48,870 bases of DNA. Source: Octopus bimaculoides (taxonomy: Eukaryota). Positions 38,280-48,870 of the stretch are shown here, piece after piece; position 1 is the stretch's first letter; every line of letters starts with the position of its first letter. The notes below the pieces were generated by a model. It was not told the origin of the DNA and made no database searches. It was given only the letters and a program-made list of their open reading frames with translations. The stretch covers positions 125,940,104 to 125,988,973 of the forward strand of contig NC_068983.1 of NCBI RefSeq assembly GCF_001194135.2, written 5' to 3'. Both the position numbers and the translations under genes were made by a program.

Positions 38280-39190
38280 AATCGAGAGACACCAGGCCCC
38301 ATGCATTGCCGGGATATTAGATTAAAGTATTTACTTCATGCCACTTGAGTATTACATGCTAATTTCAATGACTTCTGAATTGGAGTGACTTTCAACTGTT
38401 CATGGAAGAACAACGTTAGTCTTGAGCCATGTGTAATAGCGTAATGAATTGTCAAACTATAGACCAGTAGCATGCTAACTAATGACGAGTCATGCTGAAA
38501 CTGCTGACCAACTGTACAATTTTTTGTATAATGAAAGGTTATTACCATATAAGTAGAAGGGTTGAAAACGCAAGCCGCGGGAGACACAATAATCAAGTAT
38601 GTATAGACAAGATGATACTGAGGAACTCCATAAGAAGACTAGGAACAGGGCTAGAAATTGCGTGGATCGATTACAAAAAGACATGTTTTAACACCTCAAA
38701 GCTGGGTAGAGAAATGAGTGGAAATATTTGGCGTGGTAAAGAATGTACAAAGGTTTATAAAAAAATAAGTATGGCAACCTGTAAAACGCTATCTGCACCT
38801 GCAGGAAAGTCATAGTGTAGATTGATAGCCTCTCACCACATTTGCTTTTGCTGATAATAATATCCCTGTCGGGGATTTGCGAAATGCTAAAGCAGGATAT
38901 TATCTGGGAAATTGAGCGGCAGCGGTTAACCGATCGCTAGTCATGGACGACTTAAAACTTTATGGCGGAAAAAAACGAATACTAACTTGGCACACTGGTA
39001 GACACAGTAAGTATTCCAGGAATTTGGTCTCAGTTTATGTACCGGTGTGAGATCGAAAATAAGGAAAGTGAAGAATAGTCAACAAATACCCAATTATCAG
39101 GCAATGAAAAGTTTGGAAGGATGCAAGTATTTGACAATTTTGCAATCATCAGAAAATTGAGAATGAAAAGATACATTCTCAATAAACATC
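38280..39190 (+). mobile_element. Highly degenerate R4/Dong-type RT fragment
   Basis: TPGP remnant, IDKMILRNSIRRLGTGLEIAWIDYKK, DSLSPHLL, and a frameshifted MDDLKLYG (CATGGACGACTTAAAACTTTATGG). Confidence 0.7.
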
Positions 39191-39627
39191 TTATACTTTG
39201 TTTAATTTCATACTGCATGTGTCGCTGAATAGTGAATCACATGAGCAAGTAGTACCAAGTCAATGCCCATGTTCCTTTTTCTCTTATACGAATCTTTTTA
39301 GATAGAAGGGGGTCAAAGGCTACCGTTGGGACTTGAACTGCATCTACTGTCTACGTGACAGGAGTTCTACATCTGTACAAAAAGAAGCCATCTGATTTCT
39401 CTACTCATTTTGGAAACTTTCTTCGTTCAAACCAGAACTGTGTGTCGTTTACATCCGTGCTACGCAAAATGGTGGTCTACGAGCCATTAGCTGCTGATAC
39501 GCGGCGAGTTTCCAGAAAAGAAACATTATAAAATGCTTATATAATATTGTATTATATGTTTACAAAATAAATATAAGATATTAAAAAATTGTCAACTTTT
39601 ATCATTGATTACCATTTGGGGGGGGGT

Positions 39628-41347
39628 GCATATTAAGCTAGACGTTAAACTTAATTATGGCGATTAAATATTCAATGTAAACTGAGATATATTGTGGTGG
39701 TTTACATAAGTTATATTCGTGTTTTACTAAATGTATCTCGTCATCTCGTCTCTTTTCATAAGTTAATGAGTTTGTGGTACATTTGGCTTTTATAAGAAAG
39801 TTAGGCTATTTTTCGTGAGTGAGGTGATATTTCACTTTTTCATATATATTGTTTTCCGGTAAAAAATAGTATAAGTAAGAAATATTACCGGTCGCTGGCA
39901 CATTGGTAAAAAAAAAAACGTGCCGGTACGCCACATCTGATGGTTTGAGAGGCACTGGTTTACATCCTTAGCATTTTATGAACTTTAGAGAAACCGTGAA
40001 ATAATTAATTTTCGAATAGTATACTGGAATCACATACATAACGTTATAAACAGGTAAGTGCAGGAAACCCAGAAAACACGACTCGTCCGGTAGTAAGAAG
40101 ATGGAGGTATATGATTAATTCATTTCTCAACATAGAGCTACACACACACACACACATAAACACACACACGCGCAAACACTCACGTATATTTCAGCTTGTG
40201 GAATTTGCACATGCGATTGTACCTTTATTTGTTGTTGTTAGTGTGTGTTTCTTGTGATTTGTATGAAAACAACATCTGTTGGTTAATTATACTTTCTCGA
40301 GCGGATCATATTTTCTTAATGAAATTGTTGAAAACATTCATTGAATATTTGAATTAAATGAAATGAAAATGAAACAATCTTTTATATTACAATAACAATT
40401 GTTCGTTTTGTTATCATAGTCATGTACATACTAGTTCATTCGAGCATAATTAAAAAAAGTTTTACAATCCTTTTGTAAAAAGAACAAAATATTTTCTAGG
40501 TAACAATTTCGAATAAATATTTCCTGAATATCTAATCTAAAGTATTGGTGTTTTTCTGGCTTTTCTTTGATGAAAACATGTCTTTTTGAATAATGTAAAT
40601 AGTAGATTTTAAATCTTGAGTATCTATATGAATACGTAAAACACATGTATATATATATGTGTGTGTGTGTGTGTGCGTGTGTGTCTGTGTGTGAGTGTGA
40701 GTGTGTGTGTATGTGTTGATAATTGCATATTTATCAACATATGAAAACGTTTGTCTTCATCAGAAATGTGGTGCATATTTTCAACACGCTGAATTGACAT
40801 TGACGTAGTCACTATCAAGAAAAATATATTCGTCTCCAGTCAGGGCCAGTTTTAATAACTGATCAAAATCTTTGTAGTAAACAAGGTATTTTTTTTTTTA
40901 TGCATAACTTTTTCACTATGCAAATCCACTCATATTTTGAATAATTGCTATCGTCTATTAATCAATAATATATTCATGTATAAATTGGTGGAATGATTCC
41001 AAAAATATTAAATCTGATACGAAAGTATGAATACTTCTAAAAACTATTTAAGATTTTACCTAGGATACGAACAGGAATGACCGAATAAAATTAAACGAGG
41101 ACGGCCAATATATGAATTGGGAAAAATATTTTAAGAAATGTTTTAAAAGTTGTATTGCCTGCAAGAAAATATGTAACTTCACTCTACTAGTCTCATAATA
41201 AATATCTCATACAATCTAAATAATAAAACAATCATGATTTTTGGGGGCATATTAAGCTAGACATTACACTTAATTATAGCGATTAAATATTCACTGTAAA
41301 ATGAGATATATTGTGGTGGTTTACAAATGCTGTATTCGTGTTTTACT
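39628..41347 (+). repeat. Dispersed 101-bp direct repeat (39628-39728 and 41247-41347)
   Basis: Gap-free alignment with 9 mismatches in 101 bp; both copies are preceded by a G-run. Confidence 0.85.
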
Positions 41348-42659
41348 CAAAAGGTCGAAATGCCTGGTTTCTATCACTTGCTTCGTAATTTATCGCATTC
41401 TTGTTTTCGTTTTGAGGAAAAAAAAAACCCCAGTCATGTCCATTTATGTCCCCAACACAAGCACTGATTCACACAAAAAAGAATTCACAGCACAAGAAGA
41501 CGAATCATTTCTACTTTTAGTAATTTCAAAAGACTGGTGTCTGATCTATAATCATAACGTACCTTTCTCAATGTTGTTAAATTTAGCTGAACATATAGAT
41601 ATATATAGTTTATTAAATAACATTTTATAATATGTCTCTCACAGCATATAACCAAGTATACACTCACGCAAATAAGGTACACACGCACGCGCGCACACAC
41701 ATTTATATATTCAAATATTGTGAATATCGCCGCAGCATCTCAATATCACAATTTAACTAGGAGTGAACGGACAGTAATATTAGCAATAGTAAAGTCATAA
41801 GTCTCTCACAGAACACAGGTGTTTCTATATAAATAGATCAAGAAGTTGTGATCTATTTCTCTTGGAGAAATACGACATCATTTTGCAGACATTTGAAAGT
41901 ATAAGCCTAAAATCGATATACCTTGAATTCATGCAGATATTTCCGGTAATATAAGTTAAATATATCAAAATCCATCTGGTGGAAATATTATTTACCAATG
42001 TATTTTCCATATACCTCTCATGGAATATCACATATATAGAAGTGGGAAAGTACACTTAATCAAAAGTAAAATTGCATCTTCAATAAATATCTCCTTAGAT
42101 TTACCTTAAATTTCATACTGCATGTATAAAAATGTAACGGGTATTTGCTTGTGTATAGATGAGCTCACGTTGCGATACGTTCCCGAATATTTGTTTTCAC
42201 GTGATGTCGGGATGTTTAACTTTTAAATAAAATTATGATTCTGCAATCATTCCATTCTGATTAAACTGAATCCAAACTGCATGAACTATGTAGTTATTTT
42301 TATAAACACCAGTGTTTGTCCACATAGACAAGCACACACAGGCACATATACGCATACACACATACACACACGCAGACTCACACACACATACACGTACACA
42401 TAACAACACACACACATACACACACACATACACACACACACAAACACACAAACAAAATCACACGCACTCAACAAACAAACACGCGCACACGCATATATAA
42501 CGGCAGATATTAAGTAACAGCAGTGTGTTAGAACAAATGCGTGACCATATTTCATCTGGACAAAACGTTCATAAATAATTTTGTCATTTAACCTTTTCAC
42601 AGCCAATAAAACATGAGAACTGAGGATAATTTAATCGACTATCACATTTCAAAATTGCA

Positions 42660-42840
42660 TATACATCATCATTATCATCATCATCATCATAATCATCCTT
42701 CTTCTTCTTCTTCTTTTTCTTCTTCTTCTTCTTCTTCTTCTTCTTCTTCTTCTTCTTCTTCTTCTTCTTCTTCTTCTTCTTCTTCTTCTTCTTCTTCTTC
42801 TTCTTCTTCTTCTTCTTCTTCTCCTATATTTCTACTTCTA

Positions 42841-42907
<67 letters not shown>
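42660..42907. repeat. Compound (CAT)n-(TCT)n-(ATT)n microsatellite
   Basis: Directly visible; it explains the poly-H/S/I ORF at 42613-42912. Confidence 0.95.
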
Positions 42908-42909
<2 letters not shown>

Positions 42910-44110
42910 TAATCTTATTTTTATTACGTTCGTTGATTGCACTACCGAGCGCAGCTCACTGCGCCTTGGGTATGTGCTGTGGTTTGCTGTGGTGCACTTA
43001 TTTACATTGTATTGAAAGTATTTTTCGTACGATGTGTGCAGTGTCTAGTAGTGCTTTTTCCTGTATGTTATATATAATTGTAAGTCCTAGAGCTTTTTTT
43101 TTTCTTTTTATCACACCTAACACGCCTACTATGTTAGAAATTTGTGTGTTTTTATGCTCGTCATTCGAGTTATTTATCTCTATTTCCAGATCTTCATATT
43201 TTGAAAGTTTCCCAGTTTCTTTTAGAGAAACATTGTTATCTGCTGGCATTGATACATCGGTTAGAAAGCATTGTTTCTTCTTCGTGATCTCTGACAACTA
43301 TATCCGTCCTATTGGCCTTAATTTCTCTACCTGTGTGTATTGGAATATCCCAGAATATGGTTACTTTCTCATTTTCTGTGACCATTCCTGGCGTAGTCCT
43401 ATGCCGTCTTTTTCCTTCTGTTATTCCATTGTGTTGGCATAGGTTCCAGTGTATGTAGGTCCCAACTTTGTCGTGTCTGAGAATATATTCCTCTGGGCAG
43501 CAAGAGACAATATGGTTTATTGTTTCTTCTCCATCACCACATATGTTTTAGTTACTTGTATTTCACTTCATTACGTTTTTTTGGGTGATTTTTGGTGGGG
43601 AGTGCTGCAATTAAAAATTCTTCAGTCTCTGCTTTGAGTCCTGAGCTTCTCAGCTATTGTTGGGATTTTGCCTTGTCTATCTCTATTCTGTGTAGCTTAC
43701 CCAATATTTGCCGTGGGGAGGATTTTCTTGCGATCGTTTTATCATGACATGTTCCTGCTCCAGTTTTAGCTTGGATTTCAGTTGTTTTACAGCGTTTGTC
43801 CTTTCTTCTTTTTCTTTAAAGTTGTTAGGTACGATGACTTCCTTTTTTGTATTTGTCAGCTTCCTTAACGACTGAAAACAGTGTTTGAGTTTATTCGTAT
43901 TTCGTGGATATTTCTATAAGATTTTCTTGCTTATGAAGTAGGTATTTCTGTAGTCCTATGGTGGTTATTTTGTAATAGCTTTTTTTTTAACTTTGTAAGG
44001 CTTCAACAACCTTCGATACATTGTATATATAGCCTTTCTATGTCAGATTTTGGGTGGTGCATCTTAAATCCTGTTATTAATTTTTTAGAAAGACCGTGAG
44101 AGATGCTTTG
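42908..44110 (-). mobile_element. R4/Dong-type 3' fragment with CCHC and RLE, ending in (AAT)n
   Basis: LRSSGLKAETEEF, CGDGEETINHIVSCCP, KKQCFLTDVSMPADNNVSLKE..KYEDLEIEI, IVGVLG and ALLDTAHIVRKILS. The 3' UTR abuts (AAT)n on the element strand. Confidence 0.88.
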
Positions 44111-45699
44111 GGCGCAAGTACAGCGACACATATATATAAATTCGTATTCATATTGAACAGCTTAGGTTACTAGGTAACGATGTTTCTAGTGCACACACTG
44201 AATTGATTATTCGAAATTTTTTTGACTCATTATGTATTACAATATGAAACGTAGTTCGTGATTTGATATATGAGGAAACATATTGCTTGACTCCTCTCTA
44301 TTACACACTTTAGCACCTGTATGTACAAATCCGAACTCGATCAAAAATACAGACACATACGCATATGCAGTGTATCACATGTAAACTAATTAACACACAA
44401 GACACAATGCACACATAAGTATAGACAGATTCACGTGTGTATGCAAAATAAAGATACACCATTGGAGTGAGATGATATAAAGTTGTAGAATGACTAGTTT
44501 TAAACTTTGTTTCAACCATATATGCGTACAGGTGCATTCAATACCGTTGTCAGTGAATATATAATATTGAGCAGATACATTCACCGGAAAGATAACAATC
44601 AAGATCGTATAATCCATGTGTGCTAGGTGTGAGCTGCACACCTGTCAAAAATGGCAAATTCATTATAAATGTTAATCTTGCTCATTAATTTAATAACAAA
44701 TCTTAATGGAAAACTTTTGTTATATTCCTGCTTGAAATTTAGAGGCATTGGGTGTGGCAGTACACCCAATACAACCATACGTCACTGATAACGTTCTGTG
44801 ATTACATTAAGCTGGAGAATTAGGTCGAATAGGTTCTTATTTACAATGAATCAGTTGCAATACAGATATCTTCGTAAGGGATATTTCACCACTGAATCTC
44901 AAATAAAATGTACCTTCTGATGCTAAACAATGCTGTTTGTTATTTTCAGGAACGTAATAATTTTACTATTCTAGTAATAATTCATAAGAATTTATGTAAC
45001 GCAGAAGACTTGACAATAATAGGTAATTATATGATTTATATTATATACATAATTTTAACTCGTTCATGAAGAAATGTACGTAAAATGATGTAATAAGATA
45101 TTTTATAAGCAATTTCACCTCATATGAGGTCAATAATATGAAGAGTGATACGCATGAATCTTTTCGATACTGATTAGTTATGTAATTTAAAATTTAAATG
45201 AAATACTTTAATATAAATATATGTTTATATTCATATATTTTGTATGTGTGCTTCTACACATACACACATCAATCCCCCCACACACGCACACACACACACA
45301 CACGCACACGCACACACACATACACACACACACACTCACACACACACACACACACAGATATATATATATATAATAATATAGATTTAATCAAAAGATTAAA
45401 TGTGGTACTTAAAATGTTTGAGGCACCAGAATTTGGTAGGGTAAAAACCAAAAACAAAATCAAGAGATTTGGTGAATAAAATGTGAAGAAAAGCAACAAA
45501 AATTCAATAGGTTATAGCAGTACGTACGTTTCGTAAAAAAACTTCATTTATTCATGTAGTGAGAACACTACATAAAATGTGCAATGAAAATGTACTCCTC
45601 AGCAACCTGACATATTTTTAATCGACATGTGCTCTATTTCCTATCCTCCACGTGGTTAATTTCCTGTTCGCTATGCGGTAATTTCCAACTAACTGTTAC

Positions 45700-46230
45700 C
45701 CATATACCAGCATCAAGCCACGACACTGCGTGACCTTCCTCGACCAATCTTAGCTCACCTTACGGGAATAATCTATCAACTTGTGTCATTCAAATTCAAA
45801 ATCGTTGACGACTAGTATATGTTCTCATTAAAAAAATCCTGTCTTTTAAATCCTTGTATGAGCCCCTTGAATTTATTGTTGAAATCAACTTCTCCTGGCT
45901 GTCGCAGCCTTAGTGGTTGGATGTGGTATGTTGTTCACCTCTATTTTAACCTTTGGATTATGAGCGGCTTGTATTAATATGGATATTCGTGCCAGAAATT
46001 TACCATTAAAGCATTACATTCCTTTGTTCTTTTATTCCTATCCACAAAGTTTGTATGTAAATTGTAAATTTGCGATGTGTTATGATCATAGCTTCTATAA
46101 TCAATCCTCTGGTCCTGTGGGGTATTGTATGAACTTCAAATGTATTGTTAAATTTTTGTATCTGACTTTGTTTCATTGTTTATGGTGCTTGTCATTCATT
46201 GTGGTTGTGCCTACATCAATGCTGACTCTC
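45700..46230 (-). mobile_element. Very degenerate retroelement remnant, possibly a PLE GIY-YIG C-terminus with 3' UTR
   Basis: Only short motifs (SAL..., RGLIIEAMII) and raised GC. An I/Jockey-type origin cannot be excluded. Confidence 0.3.
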
Positions 46231-48477
46231 TTTTAAAAGGAGTAAGCTAGTGAGACGGAATATATTCATACAAATATAATAAATAAAAGACTGAAAGTAG
46301 TACCTGCGTCGATTAGATCGTGTGAACCCCTACCGTTAACCTCTCAGCATGGCCACTACACAATGGCCGAAAATAGTTACATGAAACAATATATAACAAT
46401 GCCAGTATATGTTTGTTTGGTCGGGCATAGTAAGTGTATTTAAAGTTTACGAAATTGGAGTAAAATGTCTGTTTTATGTTACTGCATCTGCATGAGTTTG
46501 CTTGACATTAAATCTGTATGATCAATTAATTAAATCATATGTTTAAAATTTGTATTTGCATATTAATCGTGACATACATAAATAAAAAAAATAAACTACA
46601 TTTCAGTACCTTATATTTGAAGTCAAATAGTAATAAAGTTATCGATTAATTCCATACTTGACAACGGAAATTTAATGTGATTAGAATAAAATGTTACAAA
46701 TCGATCGTAATTATCAAATATATAAAGCGTTGTGCTTTGTCAAGTAGCTTTTAGCTCTTTATATTCCCGTGATGTGGTGAACAAGATGGATAATTCATTA
46801 CTGATAACCGATGTTAGATGAAATGTCTATGCACATCTATTCAGATATTTAAATTGGAAATTTACTTTCCGCTCTTAATAACATGAAAGATTTATTGCAA
46901 CTGAAACTCACTCGAATAACGATTAGCCATTAATAAAGATAATTTGTCCCGATTTATGTTCTATTGATAAAAGCCACTTATTGATATGAAACTGCATTTC
47001 TTATCCATCTATATAGATATCAGTCATTAATAAAATTTGTTATCCACTCCGAAATATGCTTCTAAGAACCTATTAAGAGAAAAATACATATATATATATA
47101 AAATTATGATTGTTTACTGCCGAATACATAAAATCTGAAACAATCAGTAATGATGCCCTAAATATAACAATAAGATACTTGTAGAAGTGGCTGAAATGTC
47201 TGGTATAAACAAATACATTCAATTAGTCGATAAAATACAATTTTCTTCTTTTTTTAAAAGCCAAACTAAATACTTTTTGTTATATCTAAAGCAACATGAT
47301 TATAGACATAGCAAATAATCAAGATAAATATACAAAACGATGAAAATGTGTTTCAATCACTTCCAATATGTTATGAAGTATGCCGTAAATATAAAATAAT
47401 TTAATTATATTTCAATTTAATCATATTTAATATATATATATATATATATATATANNNNNNNNNNNNNNNNNNNNNNNNNNNNNNNNNNNNNNNNNNNNNN
47501 NNNNNNNNNNNNNNNNNNNNNNNNNNNNNNNNNNNNNNNNNNNNNNNNNNNNNNNNNNNNNNNNNNNNNNNNNNNNNNNNNNNNNNNNNNNNNNNNNNNN
47601 NNNNNNNNNNNNNNNNNNNNATATATATATATATATATATATATATACGGGTGAGAGAGATAAATACATAGATAGTGAGAATGACAGACAGTTATTTAGT
47701 TAGATAGATAGATAAATACATAGATAGATAGATAGATAAGTGATGGATGGATGGAGAGTATGGATATAGATATATATCGGGCAATAGTTCGTATACTCGA
47801 GAAGAAGCACACTTTCAAATATTAGACCTCAAATATGTAGAAGCTTATTTGTTATGACCAGCCGGTGCGCTCCTTCGTTTTGCTGTATAGGTGAGTCGTC
47901 AGACACATTGACCTGATGTCTCCAGCCAGTGAGTCTTAGGAATCGTAGCTAAGTGCTTTATATGTGCAAAATCTATGGTCACTGTGTGACCAGCCAGAAC
48001 AACAAACAGTACAACAAACGTTAAGGCAAGGAATACATCTCATGTCATACACATTATTAGTATTGGAAAAATTCAAAGACTTACAGCAGTTTCTGGGAAA
48101 ACCCAGTGTATGGGATATTCTGTCATCGGAGACAAATAGGGAAAATGAGATTAATGAATAGATGATATAAAGGACAGGATTAAAGGAATAAGGAGATGAA
48201 GAGAGAGGAGAAAAAAGAAGCCTAGAAGTCTAAATTCAACTTGCCGATGTTGTAGATATATAGGTGCAAACCTGCCTAAATCCATGTGGGTTAAAGTACT
48301 GATATTCTAAACATGCAGAACAAAGACGCGAAGATAACAACGTTCAATAACAGAATGGTAGCTTAGGTGGCTGTAAAGTGGTAAAAGGAAAGAAACGCAA
48401 ATAAATAGAAAGAAAGGTAGATAGTGTGTAGGGGAATTAAGGATTGGTTTAAGGATAAAATAAGTTATATCAACATA

Positions 48478-48870
48478 TAGTGTCGAGACTGGTTTTCAGA
48501 GACCGGATTAGCACGTTAGTAAAGAGGGCCTTGACGGGAGCCATCATCAATAACAAATGGTGGTTTGCCCTCAAGAGAGCAATAAAAGCAGAAGCGGTTA
48601 GGTATAGCAACGCACTAGCCATAGACAGAAACAGAGTAGAGGGGGAGCTAGTTAAGAAGCTAGAAAAGGCAATTAGAAATGGCATCGCATCCGACGTTTT
48701 GGCGGCGAGGTTGGCCCTAGACCAACACTTCAACGCCAAACACGAAGGGTGCGTTGTCAGGGCTAGGATGCGTGCTCTAAGAAACGAAGGTGTTGGAGCC
48801 GCGTGAGAGGCCCGGGTGGCGGAGGCGCAACAGGGCAACAAAGCCACCATTCGGTCTCTGGTGGACGAAC
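48478..48870 (+). pseudogene. L1/Tx1-like ORF2 fragment (endonuclease-RT linker), running off the window
   Basis: KWWFALKRAIKAEAVRYS..R..E..L...LE...HEGCVVRARMRAL..E....*...E.....TIRSLVDE matches the L1/Tx1 linker pattern W...K..IK and G...RAR. One TGA at 48804-48806; GC-rich. Confidence 0.75.

Larger units (their letters stand above)
1037..47620. other. Eight assembly gaps
   Basis: N runs at 1037-1404, 12806-13142, 13918-14514, 20045-20271, 20695-20873, 26130-26490, 31936-31945 and 47455-47620. Most are flanked by (TA)n or (CA)n. Confidence 0.99.

Noticed and set aside
416-47669. Long ORFs containing X runs or poly-(YI), (CV), (HT), (RE), (LS), S or I
   Set aside because: These are produced by N gaps and microsatellites, not by coding sequence.
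47940-48010. Zinc-knuckle-like KCFICAK/YGH, a possible LINE ORF1 remnant
   Set aside because: It requires a frameshift, lacks the final Cys, and has no supporting motifs.

Overview
This is an AT-rich animal scaffold with 8 N-gaps, most flanked by (TA)n or (CA)n. It is most likely from an octopus; that inference rests on recalled SINE families, not a database hit. No host protein-coding gene, rRNA, true tRNA or CRISPR array can be supported, and the window consists of decayed mobile elements. Class II elements: a full-length mariner with TA target-site duplication, two opposed mariner N-terminal fragments, and a DD37D (maT) transposon. Non-LTR elements: six R4/Dong-type pieces (several bounded by (AAT)n), three RTE fragments, and L1/Tx1-like ORF1 and ORF2 pieces. 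Also present are three families of tRNA-derived SINE and two Penelope-like elements (PLEs) with diagnostic rearrangements. The most informative signals are: (1) a GIY-YIG PLE with an in-frame-restorable 5' inversion and a 12-bp duplication, the geometry of twin priming; (2) a 4.9-kb PLE insertion with tandem and inverted pseudo-LTRs joined at a 6-nt microhomology; (3) a tRNA-headed SINE carrying a degenerate minimal hammerhead ribozyme; (4) a GC-rich LTR-like insert with hammerhead core motifs; (5) strand-consistent (AAT)n association of the R4/Dong copies, one with a 5' tandem monomer array. Most boundaries of degenerate elements are approximate (tens of bp).
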